Made by a program: the position numbers and the translations under genes. The notes below the pieces were generated by a model. The model worked only from the letters and a program-made list of their open reading frames with translations. It searched no databases and was not told the origin of the DNA. A stretch of DNA of 64,000 bases from Lama guanicoe (Eukaryota): assembly GCA_013239625.1 (NCBI GenBank), contig MU053513.1:1538927-1602926 (forward strand). The letters are read 5' to 3'. Positions 1-13,750 of the stretch are shown here, in pieces. The first letter of the stretch is position 1, and the number at the start of each line of letters is the position of its first letter.

Positions 1-219
1 TACACTACCACAGAATGACATTGCGGAAAAATGCCACTTTTGCTTAGTATCTCTGAATACTTAATGTTACTTGAATGCTACCAAAATTATTGAATGTAGA
101 GCACAGAGTAAACACCTCTGTGTTGGGTGTGTGTTTTTTGTTTTTAGTGTGGATTATGTTTTTCTCTCTCTAGGATTTAAGAAAGCCCAAAGTGGTTTCC
201 AGGTATTTTCAACAGAGAC

Positions 220-1890
220 TAAACAACCTAACCTACTATCTAAAAGAATTCAAAAAAAAAAAAAAACAAACCTAAAGTCAGCAGAAGGAAGGAAATAAAG
301 ATCAGAAAGGAAATAAAAGAGATTAATAATAGAAAAAAATCAATAAAGCCAACAGCTGTTTTTGTTTTTTTTTTTTTTTGAAATGATAAGCAAAAGCAAC
401 AAGAAACTTCTGGCCAGGCTTACCAAGAAGAAAACAGAAAAGAACCAAATAAACAAAATAAGAAATGAAAGAAGAGAAATAATAACCAATACTGAAAAAT
501 ACAAAACACCGTAAGAGAATACTATGAACAATTATATGCCAACAGACTGGACAACCTAGAAGAAATGGACAAGCTTCTGGAAATGTACAGTCCACCAAAA
601 CTGAATCAAGCAGAAATAGATAATTTGAGCAGACCAGTAACTGCAAGTGAAATAGAAGCTAATTAAAATAACAACAAGCTTTCTGCAGACAAAGTTCAGA
701 AGCCCAGGACTAGCCGGCTTCAGTGGGGGATTCTCCAAAAAAGAACTTATACCAGTCCTTCTCAAACTCTTCCAAAAGACTGAAGAGGAGAGAACACTCA
801 CAGAGTCATTCTCTGAAACCACCATCATTCTGCTCTCAAACCAGACAAAGAACAACCTACAGAAAGGGAGACAATATTCGCAAACAATGTAACCAACAAA
901 GACTTACTTTCTAAAATATACAAACGGCCCATACAACTCAGTATCAAAGAAAAACACAACCCAGTCAAAAAATGGGCAAAAGTTCTAAATAGACATTTCT
1001 CCAAAGAAGGCATACAGATGGCTAGCAGGCACAAGAAAAGATGCTTAACATCACTAATTATCAGAGAAATGCAAATCAAAACTATAATGACGTATCACCT
1101 CACACCAGTCAGAATGGCCATCATCAAAAAGTCCACAAACAATAAATGCTGGAGAGGGTGTGGAGAAAAGGGAACCCTCCTACACTATTGGTGGGAATGT
1201 AAATTGGTGCAGCCACTATGGAAAACAGTATGGAGGTTCCTTAAAAAAACTGAAAATAGAATTACCGTATGATCCAGCAGTCCCACTCCTGGACATATAT
1301 CCACAGAAAATTCTAATTTGAAAAGACACATGTACCCCAGTGTTCATAGTAGCGGTATTTACAATACCAAGAGATGGAAGCAACCTAAATGTCCATCAAC
1401 AGATAATTTGATAAAGAAGTTGTGGTGTATATATACACACAATAGAATACTACTCAGCCATAAAAAGAGAATGAAACAATGCTATCTGCAGGAACGTGGA
1501 TGGACATAGGGATTATCATACTAAATGAAGTAAGTCAGACAAAGACAACTATCATATGATATCACTTATATGTTGAATCTAAAATATGATACAAATGAAC
1601 TTATTTACAAAACAGAAACTGACTCACAGACATAGAAAACTTAGTTACCAAAGGGGAAAGAGGGTGGGGAGGGATAAATTAGGAATTTGGGATTAGCAGA
1701 CACAAACTACTATATATAAAAACAGATAAACAAGAAGTTTCCTAGCATAGGAAACTATATTCAACATCTTGCAATAACCTATAATGAAAAAGAATGTGAA
1801 AAAGAATACATGTACATGTAACTGAATCACTCTGCTGTACATCAGGAACTAACACTGTAAATCAACTATTCTTTAATTTTTAGGAAAAAA
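220..1890 (+). mobile_element. L1 fragment (ORF2 pieces plus 3' UTR) with internal deletion
   Basis: ORF 1018-1272 is the L1 ORF2 C-terminus ([49 protein letters not shown]). 220-850 matches the ORF2 region between endonuclease and RT. A typical 3' UTR follows. Confidence 0.92.
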
Positions 1891-4800
1891 ATTTAAACTG
1901 TAGAAAATGGCATAAGACAATGACAAGTGAAACAGGCTACATTTTAGCAGAAAATGGCTTTTTTAAACATCCATAAAGCCAAAGTTCTTCTTAACATGGC
2001 CAGGAGCTGCTTTCATAGGCTAATTTGCTGCAGTCTCTCCAATACTAGGCTCCTTTCCACAGAAAACCCTCCTTCCTTCATCTATACTTCTGCTGCCACC
2101 CTGAAAAGCCAAGTTCAAGTGCAATGTTCTTCAGGAACCTTTCTCGCCCACTCATCTTTCCCCTCTCTAAATACCCACTTAAATTTCCATAGTGGGTTTG
2201 ATTGTTTGCTTCATAATTCTGAAGAAAAGTGTCAGATTGAAGCTGACTATGAGCCCCCAACTCCACAGGTTTGGTGACAAGCTAAGTGTTGTTTTGCTTT
2301 GGAGTCTCCCCCTCTCAGGACCCAGACGGTCGATGTTGTGCTCAGTCCAGCACAGACTCGTCCTGAAGCTCCACATCCAAGTTCGTGTCTCTGAGCCCAG
2401 GGCGCAGGTGGTCTCTCACCGCAGATGGCAAGGTCACAGCTCTCAAAGCCCTCGTATCCCTCTGCAGCTCTATTAGGAGTCCAGTCACCTCTCACGGGGA
2501 GTTGCGTGGGAATGAGGTACTGGTCCCTGATACTGGTGGGACTTGCTATAAACCATCTGTCCCACGGCTCTCTCTTTGGGGAAGGTCCTCCCCAATCTTA
2601 CCACTTCTCTCGGCCTCCATCACTCTCTCAGCCTTAGGACCTTTCCCAGGCACGGACAAGTCAGCTCAGCTCTCAGTTGAACTGCACTCTGTTTAAATCC
2701 GCATTACAGCACAAATCGTGTAGTTGGCATTATATTCTGAAGAGGCAACAACACTCAACGTTAAGCACTCTTCTAAGTGCTTTATGGATATTAACTCATT
2801 CAACCCCCAAGACACTTTATGGATAAGTGAACAGGCATAGAAGGGAATAAGTAAGTAGCCCAAGACCACACAGGAAATAAGCAGCAGAGGTAGGAATTAA
2901 ACCCAAGCAGATTGGCTGAGAATCTATGCTTTTAACCATTATACCATATTGCTTCTAATAAGCATTCAATAAATGGTAGTTATTACTGCTATGGATAGAA
3001 TTAGTTGATTCTTAATGTATCTGCCTCCTGATGTAAACTGCAAGCTCCTAGAGGACAGCAAACATGCTGACTCAGCCTCACGGCGTGGTTTAGAAGCCTA
3101 CCTCCATCACCCACTAGCGAGCTCTAAAACACTGGACAAACTGCTTACGTTTTTAGAATGGTTGTGAGGATTACGTTATTTCCTACTTAGAAAGTACCTA
3201 GAAAAGTGAATGGCAGCTCTGACAATGTGACATACTGATATATTTCATTATTTGATGTGTGATTTACTATCTGCCTTTGCAGGATCTGAAAGAGTGCCAG
3301 AGTTCTCAACAAATACTTGCTAATCGCCAACTCACCTACATTGTTTCTTATTTCATGTAGGTTCATTTTGTTTCTAAAATTACTCCTTAAACAAAGAGTT
3401 GCACCTTCAAAATAATAGTAATCATAGCAGCTAACTTTTCCTGAAGACTTAACTACGCACCAAGAATTGTTCTATGTTTTCTTTTCCATGTGTTTAATTA
3501 TTTAACCCTCACAAGGGCCCAGTGTGGTAGACACTATTATCATCTTCACTTCTTGTGTGATGAAACCAAAGCACAGAAAGGTCAGGTAATTCACCCAGCA
3601 TCACATTATCACGCAGCCCGTACGTGGCGGAGTCAACGTACTTAACTACTTATGCTTTGTTGTCTCTTTTGTAACTTTTTTCCTTATTCCCCAGGAAGTT
3701 TGGTAGAATTCAGTAAGTATTAAAAAGTACCAAAAGCACCGGTACTTGAAAAACTTTCACTTGAAATAGCATGAATAATAGAAAGTATTTTTAAATGTTT
3801 GAAGTGTCTATCTAAAAAGTCATAAAACCTTAAAGCCAAAGTTTCTCTTCATAGCAAATAGATAGTCTTTGAAAGGAGCACATCCGTTAAGCTGAATCAC
3901 CAAGATGAGGTCCGGGTTTTCCAGCTGTGAATGACTCAAGGGACTTGGACGTACTTCACATACTGAACATCCTATTCTGATGGGCACATAGCACAGAAAT
4001 GAAGTCTCTAAAAGAAGACATAGCCCAGAGACCTGTAACAAAATCAAACCTCAAAACAAGTACTATCAATGCTTTTGGAGGCAAGCAATCTTTTCAACTT
4101 GCTTTCTGGTTTTCGAAACACTTTACAGAAACATTTCAGACCTCCTTCCACAAACTTCTTTCCATAAAGGGCAACAATCACAAGTTAAAGAAATTCTCTG
4201 GGATAAACGACGTAGACAGCCATCTAAGTAATACTGAATCAAAGCCTCATCCATCTAGTAGTTAATTAAAAGGCCTCATAGGAAAACAAATCAGCAGGGT
4301 CCTGGAGTCAGTTAAATGGAAGAAGGCATTTTCACAGCCTTGGGAAAATCTAGGTTTACAGGGCACACTGCAGGCTTGAGCTCACTGTGGAGATATGTGC
4401 CTTTTCACTGGCAAAGAGGAAAGGAAGTGAGCCATGCCCTAAAAAAAATACCACTAGAGACATTCCAGCCGATACTTGATAAGGACTGGGAAGGCTGCCA
4501 TCAGCTCATGGCTAGACGGAGGAAACTCTGGATCAGAAAGCAGCTGACCAGGAGAAACCATCTCAGTTATGGGAAAGATTTCCCATTGAATTACAAGTTT
4601 TCAACAAGAGGGTCATTTCAACCAGTGTCTTTCGAATGTTTTTGCTGTGACATATAGTGAGAAATGTATACATTATAGCACGACTCATAAATATGTAGAC
4701 AGCGGAAACACACACATGGATACACAGGAACGTTGAAACCAAGACAATACTTGCCCTTCCTAGGCACAAAGCACTGTGAAATTTTCAGTTCTATTCTACT

Positions 4801-5049
4801 TTGTGTTCTAAACACACTGGTTGAGACCTACTGGTTGAAAAACAGTGACTTAAACTAGCACAGGAGATTCTGAGGGTATGCTTTCTGATGGCCTTTATTC
4901 CTCCCTCAGAGCCCCACAGCCAACTTAGGAAAGCTACAATCACGCATTTGCTCTTGGGACAAGTGACTTGTTCTTGAGCGCCCGGGTGAAGGCCACCTGG
5001 AAGCTGCCTCCGCCATGTCTGGCCAGTTCCTCTCTGTGCTGCCTCCCCT

Positions 5050-6220
5050 TCCTCCTTCCACCCCTTACATGTGGGGCTCCCCCACATCCCTGTTTTTGGT
5101 CTTTCTCTCTTTTGACTCTCAGTTGTTGGATCTATTTTTATGACTATAAATTACTCAGAAATCCCATTCCCTGGGCCCGAATTCTAAATACCCACCTACC
5201 TCTTACATATCTCCAACTGAATTGTCCTACAGATTTCAAACTCTTAAGGCCCAAAATTGCACCATAAGTACAACCTCTCTTCCCTGTCTCCTCCCCCGAA
5301 CCTCTTTCTTTTCCATTCTTCCTCCTCTCAGAGAATGGCACCACACTCAGCCCACAAAAAAAGCCCTGACTTGAAGCACTTGCCTATTTCCATGATGTAA
5401 ATACCTCACCTCAGCCAATTTCAAGCAACCGACTTGATGCCACTGGACGTGGAATTGTAAAGAGATGGGCACAAATGTCTCCAGCACACCACTGTCTAGT
5501 CCCCAGAACCACTTATCCACGCCTACAGGCACTGCCTGAATTCAGGATTTCACCTTCTCTCCCCTCAACTAGCACAACAGAGTCTTTCCTTACCTCTAAC
5601 TCGCAGCCCACCCCTCCCTCTGACACAGTCGCCAAAATGCCTTTCTAAAATTCAAGCCTCATTATGTTTCTCCCCTGCCTGAACCCCTCAAGTGGCTCTC
5701 CACTGCCCACTCTCTGCCTTCATACACAAGGCCTGTGATCACTTGGTCCCCACTCACTCGAGCTTCACCTCTTGCCACACCACCACCTATATTCCAACCA
5801 CACAGACATACAGCATCTTCCCAGCTATGTGATACTGTTCCATATTTCTGCATCTTTGCTTAATCTGTTCACACTCCCTAGGATGGCCTTCCCTGATTTG
5901 TTTATTGAGCAAGTCTCTTGGAAGATTCAGCTCAAATTCCCTGTCCAGGAAGCTTTACCCCAACTCCTTGGTTGGCTTGATGGATCCTACTGTTAAACCT
6001 CCAGTACATTCTATCATCTCTAATATTCTTCATTTAAAATTTTTCTTCCTCCAAGACATGAGTTTCTTGCAGACAAGAACTGGATCTTATTCGTGGGTAT
6101 TCCAAGCGTGTAGTATGATGTAGGAACACAGCAGGTTCTCAATAAACAGTGACTATTATTCCAGCAACTAGCACCCTAGGACCAGCAAATACTAATTATT
6201 CAAATATTTGCTGACTGAAA
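5050..6220 (+). mobile_element. Degraded L2 LINE (approximate bounds)
   Basis: Pyrimidine-rich L2-like motifs (CTCTCAGAGAATGGCACCAC, CCTTTCTAAAATTCAAGCCTCATTATGTTTCTCCCCTGC, CTCAATAAACA end). Confidence 0.55.
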
Positions 6221-6358
6221 ATACATGAGTATGTTCTTGCCTGCCACCTGCCCAAGGCCAAAGGACTGCTAATATACCCAACCTGTACCTTCTACAATGT
6301 TAGGAAGTCCAAGATCTACTGTCAAAGTCAAAGAACTTGCCCTGTATATACACACATA

Positions 6359-6399
6359 TGTGTGTGTGTGTGTGTGTGTGTGTCTGTGTCTGTGTGTGT
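6359..6399. repeat. (TG)n microsatellite, interrupted
   Basis: Seen directly: TGTGTG...TGTCTGTGTCTGTGTGTGT. Confidence 0.95.
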
Positions 6400-6418
6400 A
6401 CACATACTTACTGGTGTC

Positions 6419-6793
6419 TGTATTCGTTTTCTAGGGCTGCTGTAACAAAGGACCAACTGGCTTAAACACAAAAACTTACTACCTTAATTACGGAGGCTGG
6501 AAGTCCATTATCAAGCTGTCACCAGGGTTACTTTCCTCTGAGCCCTCTCTCCTTGGCTTGCAGGTGGCTGTCTTCATGTTCACATGGCACTCTCCCTCCC
6601 TATGGCTCCATTGTCCAAATTTCCTCTTATAAATACATCAGTCATATTGGACCAGGGAGCCACCCTAATGACCTCATTTTAACTTAACTACCTCTTTAAA
6701 GATTCTATCTCGAAATATAGTCCCATTCTGAGGGACTAGAGATGAGTCGACTTCAACATATGAATTTTAGGGGGCATACTTCAGTCCATAACA
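6419..6793 (-). mobile_element. MLT1B/C-like MaLR solo LTR
   Basis: TG...CA termini. The reverse complement starts TGTTATGGACTGAA..CCCCCTAAAATTCATATGTTGAA. 5-bp TSD GTGTC/GCATC, consistent with CpG decay of GCGTC. Confidence 0.85.
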
Positions 6794-8669
6794 GCATCTG
6801 ACACCTAGCAGAAAAAAAAAAAATAAAAAGACTAGACACCCAAAGCTAGTTGACAATACCCTCCTCCCTCCACATTCATTCTGATACACCCAGCCTGAAC
6901 GCATCATGCATGACTAGAGTCAGGTTCAAAGTCAAGAGAAAACTAACACTTCTCTGCCTAAAGAACAAGGTATAACACCTTAGAGAAATGGTAAAATGGA
7001 TATCTGCCTTCTCCTACCCAAAAGGAATCTTCCCTCACGTCATGGTTCTGTGTGATTTTGGTTGGCCTATCGTGTAGCCTGCCTTCCCACGACCAAGAAG
7101 GACATGACCTAATCAGTCCGCCACCCCATCCCAGGAATTTGAATTCTACATGGAGTAACATGAAGATAGGAAATAATTGGAGAAAGTCAATTAAACCAGT
7201 ACCATGAAGGGTTCCTGGTTCACACATCCCTGAAACAGCTTTGCTTCCTATTGGTACAAGGCTTGACTGAATTGTCTTTGTTTCTGAGACCTACCTGATA
7301 GTCCTTCCCAAGAAATGCCTTTTCCTTAAATTAGACAGTGCTTATTCTGTAGCTCTCAAAGAATCTTGGCACGTACAGTGGCCCCTCGAAGTGGGATGTG
7401 GGTAGTGACCCACAATGTGGGAACAGAGCAGGCAGTAAGGATTCCATCATCGATGGCTGGGGAGCCACGCTCATCACCCTTGTCAACGCTGGTGCAAAGC
7501 CGCCAACAACACCACTCCCTCCGGTATCTGGGGACACTGTCTACACGCCTCCCCAGGTTAAATACTTAGGGAAGTTGGTAGGACAATGTCAAAATCCTAG
7601 AGTGTGTAGCCATTTCTCACAGCTTTTGGTACAATCCCAGAAATAACTCAGCTTCAGCCAAGATGGCCTATCTGAGTACAAGGAGAAAGCTCTGCCTCAC
7701 GCAGAATGGCCCTTCCTCCTGGTAGGATGCCAAGACGACAGAGTCAGATAATCATGAAGGACTTTAAATTTGAATTAAGGCACCAGTGAAAATGCTAGAA
7801 AAACAAGAAGGAAGGAAACACAGCAAAAGGTAAGATTGAGATGGAGATAAAGGGGCCAAGCCTGGTCCCCCAAGTATCTCCTGATGTACCTACACTCCCT
7901 CCCTGGCAAAGAGCTAAGTGCTGGAATGAGGCCACAGGATAGCAATGTCTTTATCCTTCAGGCAAAAAAATAAGCAGGGCCAGAGGCAAAGATCAACCCA
8001 CAGGGTGGAAAATGCATATGGACCAGCAGATTTAATCTGGGTTAAGTTGAGTTAAGCTGCCATTGAAACCTTGGAAAATAAAAACTTGTCACTGCTCCAA
8101 AATCAATCTTCAGGTATCCGGACCCACAGCACCACCAGAATGTGAGATGCTGAAATAACATACGCCTATTAGGAAAATCCTACTCATCGTCCATCTCAAT
8201 TCTACCCACGGAATTCAGATGTGGTAACAGACAGCGGCTTCAGGAGTCACAGGCACATAAGGCAGAGAAGTACACCAAACGTCAACACGTATGTCTCAAA
8301 TGCTGAAGGAAAACATTTAATCATGCAATAATAGCTAAGTACAATGACCTCTGTAACATCCAATTCTATCACCAACCTAACATCCATGTTAAGGTGTATC
8401 AGCAACATTCTACAGAAACACAGGGACCACACGATGTATATGCAGACGAGGGAAAATAGAGAGAGATTAACTTTGGAAAACAGATTATATGGTGGGGACA
8501 AGTGTAGAAAGAAATTATTTTCCTTGAGTTGTACTAAGAATAACTCTGATTTACAAAGAGCCTAAATCAAATAATATTTATCTCGAACTGTCTACGTCCT
8601 ATTAATTTATATGCTATGATACCCAGGAAGTTGGTTACCAAACAAAGCCGTTTCAAAAGGAACTGCTTA

Positions 8670-8800
8670 GGGGGAGGGTACAGCTCAGTGGTGGAGCCTG
8701 TCCTTAGCATGCGTGAGGTCCTGGGTTCAGCCCCCAGTCCCTCCGTTAAAATAAACAAACTAAATAAAAATATAATTACTTCCTTCCCCCCCAAAAAAGA
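8670..8800 (+). mobile_element. tRNA-Ala-derived SINE (camelid vic-1 type)
   Basis: GGGGGAGGGTACAGCTCAGTGGTGGAGC...GGTCCTGGGTTCAGCCCCCAG with Pol III A/B boxes, then an A-rich tail module. Confidence 0.88.
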
Positions 8801-10152
8801 CTGGTTAAGAAATTAATTAAATTCTGTTAAAAGTACATTTTTAAATTTTATTTATTTTTTAACACCTTTATTGTGGTATGATTCCTGTAAACTACATGTA
8901 TTTCAGATGTATAATTTGATGAATACACCAATGAAACCACCACCACTATCAAGATAGCTAACATTTCCATCACTCCCCAAGAGGTGTAAATTTCAAAGTC
9001 CCAATTTATCCCTTCCCACCCTCCTTACCCTCTGGAAACCAAAATTTTTTGGAAAAAGGAGCTGCTGGATAGAAATCTGAGAGCTGGCCCACCTTCCTGT
9101 GTGGGAGAGCTCAGATGCCGCAATGCACCGTGCAGAATCACAGTGTCTGTAGCAGCGGTTCCTAGAATGGTCCCTCCAGGAGCAGCACCAGTATAAGACA
9201 TCCTTTTCTTACATCTTCTTAAAACCCTGTCTCCCATAAGCAATACCACCTACACTGTATTTCTATTAAATGGCATAGAATTACTTGGAAGCAGAGAAAA
9301 CTTTTCATTTCCGTATGGCTAGGATCTCCCCCTTACTTGCTAAGGGAGGGGAAAAGTAATTCCCCAGACCCACTGCATTCTCCCGTCACTGTCGTTAACT
9401 GCCATTACAGACAAACTATAAGGAATATTTATGTTTAGTGAGCAAAGGAAAGAACATAAGGTGGGTGGAGTCACGGATGTGGAAGGGCAGCCTAGAATGA
9501 TTCTGCTGTAGATATTTTAACACCGATGAACACTAAGCCATCGTTTGGCTTATTAAAATAGTGCTGGGTAGTGAGAGAGAAGCTGGCACATTTTCCTGTA
9601 GATGAGGTGGCCCTGGGGGTTTGAACAACAGTTGGAACACAGCTGCCATGGCTAAAACCAAACAAGTACAGATGTCACACCAAAGAAGTAACGTCATACC
9701 GTTCCACACTGCCAAATTCAAAATGCCAATGGAGGAAAAGCATTGAAGGAAGTCTTTAAAATAGACTAGATAACTATTTTAAATGCCAATTCTATGTGTA
9801 ACCAAAGGTTTTGCTGATGAGGCCCGTGAACGAGGGTTATCACCGTTAAGAGAGCTTAATCAAAAATGTCACTGCTCAGCAAGATAAACGCAGTACAATG
9901 TGCTGTTCTTAGACTCTGGAACACATTCCGAGTCACTAGACATTAGACTTTATAACTCCAAATGTCTTTTTAAGAAAATGTCTTTCCAGGCAAATTTTTT
10001 TCCCCTCCTTCAATGGTTGTCTTCCTTATAAGCAGTGCCATCTATCGCTGCTCTTGCTCTTAACTGATCCACGAGAGCACACGGCACCACATCACAGTAG
10101 TCACCTCCCTTAGAAAGATAAGCCAGGGGCACAGTTCAGCGAACCAACTTAC

Positions 10153-10333
10153 CAAAGGCTTTCTTGGGTTCTATTAACTTCATGGTAAAGAGTTCCTCTT
10201 TTTTCAGTTCCTTTAACTTCTTCGCAACATCAAAGTGGCGCCACCCAACGATGTTTTCTCCGTTGATGGATTCAATGTGATCCCCGACACAGACTGTTTT
10301 CACTGAGTCAATTATGCTGCCATCTTTAATTCT
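10153..10333 (-). CDS. GIPC2: GIPC2 coding exon 3 (181 nt; remainder of PDZ domain)
   Basis: RIKDGSIIDSVKTVCVGDHIESINGENIVGWRHFDVAKKLKELKKEELFTMKLIEPKKAF plus 1 nt. Acceptor TTTCAG|AGA and donor TTTG|GTAAGT, phase 1. Confidence 0.97.
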
Positions 10334-10924
10334 CTGAAAGAAAATTAGGGACAACACTTTATATAAAGTAGAACCGTGCAGTATTACTTTTCAGGCTCTT
10401 GAGATGTTGTGTACAAGATACTGACACAGCAACAAGGCAGTTTAATGTTCAGTTAGAGACAGAAGACCGAGCAACAAAAGACAGCCATCCAACCACTCTG
10501 CTCCTTTCTTCTCATTCATCATTCGGCTCTGTCACAGTCAACACCTCCTCTGAGCAGCTTTTCCTGACACCTCCCAGCCCACTCCCCCAGGCCCAGGTAA
10601 GGCGCCACTCTCGTGCTTCTCGTACGTTCTGCTACATATGCTGAGCTCTAAGCTAAGCACTTTACATTCACTATCTCATTTGAACAACCTTTAGGAGAGC
10701 CTCATGCCATGGATCAGGAAGATGAAGTACTTTGCCACGTTCAGCACAGCACAGTGCAAGTGTGCCCCGACCTCTCAGTCTCCACGACTGAACTGTAATG
10801 TCCTGGGGGCAGAGATGGCCCCTGTATGTGTGCCGTGTGCCTAGCACATCTGCACAGAAAAGTCCCACCATAAATGACTGGAATCATTTCAACATGAGGC
10901 CCATTACATAAGCATAAAGCTTAT

Positions 10925-11058
10925 GGGGGAGGGAATAGCTCAAGGGGTAGAGCGCATGCTTAGCAAGCATGAGGTCCTGGGTTCAATGTCCAGCACCTCC
11001 TGTAAAAAAAAAACAATCAATCAATCAAATTACCTCCCCTCCACCAAAAGAAATTTAA
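10925..11058 (+). mobile_element. vic-1-type SINE
   Basis: GGGGGAGGGAATAGCTCAAGGGGTAGAGCGCATGCTTAGC...GGTTCAA. Degenerate TSD AAGCATAAAGCT/AAGAATAAAGCT. Confidence 0.88.
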
Positions 11059-13278
11059 AGAATAAAGCTGGAGTTTTTCCTACTGGCTACATTTTTTAAA
11101 TCTTAGTTACAAATCCAAGACTGAAGAATTGGTATAACCTTAGCTAAGAATATTGATACTTAAGAGACAGGTATGGCTATCAGTTGGGGAGCCCGTAAGA
11201 ATGATTTCTGTACCATCACTTCTCATGTATATATTTTAGGTGAAGAGAACTTAGGACCCAAGGAGAAACTTCAAATTGGTCCTTCTTAACTATCATACAT
11301 GTATACAATACATCTACAGCACAGAGCTTCAAAATGAGATGTAAGACTTCCTAAGATAGTACTAAGAATTTCTGAAAGGATTTTAGGGACAGGAGCTCCA
11401 GAAAACTCCGCATAGTTTACATCCAGAAAAAGACTTAAAAATTCTTCAACAGCACTGAGAAACACGGCAAAATGCAGGCCACAGTCTGCTGCTGGTGTCA
11501 CAAATCCTTCGTGAGAATGACAGGCTAGAAATAACGATATTTCTATTGTGTGATAAAGTATGTATATTTCCCACTCTTGCTGGGTCGAAAAGTCACATCG
11601 TCTAAGTCAGCAGGGTGACTGATCACTGTGTCCAGGAGTTGAGAGGAAAACTGATCTCCTGTGTCCCAGCATCTCTATAATAGTGTCATAAGAAGAGCAA
11701 TGTGTAGCAGACTAACCTGGCAAGGCTGGAGATTTTTTAACTTTTAAAATTACCATATACCAAAACTGACAGTAGGTTTTTTCACCCCAGGATTTTAAGA
11801 ACACTGCTATGCTCATCGTAACAACTGTTAATATGCTTTACGCAAATGACACAGTAATGTCAATTCACACGGAGATTATTTGTCATTACAAATAGTTCAT
11901 GATGAAGCAAAAACCCAGAAATGTCGTAATCTAACTGACAATGTTTTTTAGGAAGTCTCTATTAGCTTTATAAGCTATGGAAGCAAGCAAGGGTAACCAC
12001 AACACACCACTCAGTACAACTGGAGTTTCTAAACCGTCATAGAAACATAAGTGAGACTAAGACTAGAGTCCAAAGAAACAAAGAAAAAAAATTCTTTAAT
12101 ATTCTGTCATCTAACTGTTCTTAAGTCACTAGAGAAGGCGAAAATCTGTATCCTTCTTAGTTTTTATTCTAATGTATTGCTTGATACCTTCCGAACCTGG
12201 TTTTCTTTAGATCACCTTCACCATACAAATTTCAGCTCCACATATTTTTAGTTTCTTAAGATTTACTATTGTAATTTTAATAAGAATAAGCATTATATAA
12301 AACTAATTAAGTGAAAGGCTTTAAGGACATGTATGAATCTTACCAGTAAATTAAAGGGCAGAGTAACGGAAATCTAGGGTCACCAGGACCTATGGGCAGC
12401 CACAGAGGCGAACAGAACAGTGTCTAGTGAGACAGAGGAAAGGCAGCTCCCGGCAGGCAGCAAGGTGAGAGTCCAGGTGGGCAGAGAAAAGTCAAAGCAT
12501 GCGTCATCACCAGAGGCAGCAGGGGAGAATCTGGGGTGAAGAGAGGAAGACCAACACAAGAAAACTGAAGAGCACCGAAGGTGGAGCAGACAGAGAAGCA
12601 GAGCAGAGACACTGACCATGTGCTCTGTGGGTTACCTCAGCCTTAGCTTCCTAATCGAATAAAGAATGAGGCAGCAATTGAGACAAGTTTCTGAAATCCA
12701 ATATACTTTAACAGTTTATGAAACCCAATATACTTTAATCATCTTACCAGAGCTTGATAGAAATTAATAAGAATGCTAAAAGTGCTACTCAGGCACAGAG
12801 GACTAGGAAAACAGAGGCATTAATTCTATATTTACTGAGTCACTTAATATTATTGTCTATAACACTTAGAACTTTCTCTCATCTGGCTTTGGCGCTCGAT
12901 GCTGCAGAAGGCAAAGACAACATAAAATATTTTTGTATATCATGGCCTGTAAATCTCAAACATTACCTATTTTCTCAGATCACTGCTTCTATTCTGGCTT
13001 TACACGCCTCTTCTCAGAGATCCTAACTTCCATCCTAGAACCCTCTGCCCCAACTCCGACCTTGTATATTTCTAACCTTACTGATTATTAGTTCTAGATA
13101 ATTAATCAAAATGTTAGAACTATGTGAGTACCATATTTCTCAGAAGGATCATGCTAAAACGTGATTTAGTTCTACTGAAGTAGCCCAAATTAAAGATTTC
13201 TATAAGAAGATATTCTGGCAATGACAGTTTTGTTATTTATAAGTTACTTCAATTCAAAATCAATTTCAGTTTTCATTT

Positions 13279-13675
13279 CTTTTTTTATTGAAGTACAGTT
13301 GATTTACAATATTGTATTAGTTTCTGGTGTACAGCATAGTGATTCAGTTATGCATATTCTTTTTCATATTCTTTCTCATTATAGGTTATTACAAGATATT
13401 GAATCCCTGTGCTATACAGTAGGACCTGTTGTCAATTTTATATATACTATAGTTTGTATCTGCTAAAGCCAAACTCCTCTAATTTATCCCTTTCCACTCC
13501 TTTTCCCCTTTGGTAACTATAAGCTTGTTTTCTATGTCTGTGAATCTGTTTCTCTTTTGTAAATAAGTTCATTTGTATCATTTTTTAGATTCCACATAAG
13601 TGATATCATGATATTTGTCGTTCTCTCCTTGACTTCACTTAGAAGGATCATCTCTAGGTCCACCCATGTTACTGC
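13279..13675 (-). mobile_element. 5'-truncated L1 3' end (sense to GIPC2)
   Basis: TTTTTTTATTGAAGTACAGTTGATTTACAATATTG...TCTCTAGGTCCACCCATGTT. Degenerate TSD CAGTTTTCATTTCTT/CGGTTTTTGTTTCTT. Confidence 0.9.
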
Positions 13676-13750
13676 GGTTTTTGTTTCTTAATTGCATAGT
13701 ATAAGCCCTTATTTTTATTTTGTTTCTAAAAGCATGCTCTTTTCTTAAAC

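Noticed and set aside
1018..1272. L1 ORF2 C-terminal ORF as an expressed gene
   Set aside because: Fragment of a deleted, frameshifted L1 with a Cys-to-Tyr change in the CCHC motif.
8670..8745. tRNA-Ala-like sequences (here and at seven other sites) as tRNA genes
   Set aside because: They have A-rich tails, TSDs and scattered substitutions disrupting the cloverleaf, so they are SINEs.
1..10152. GIPC2 exons 4-6
   Set aside because: I searched by eye for the TLRLRSKGPA and GH2 motifs on the minus strand and found none. They presumably lie outside the window.
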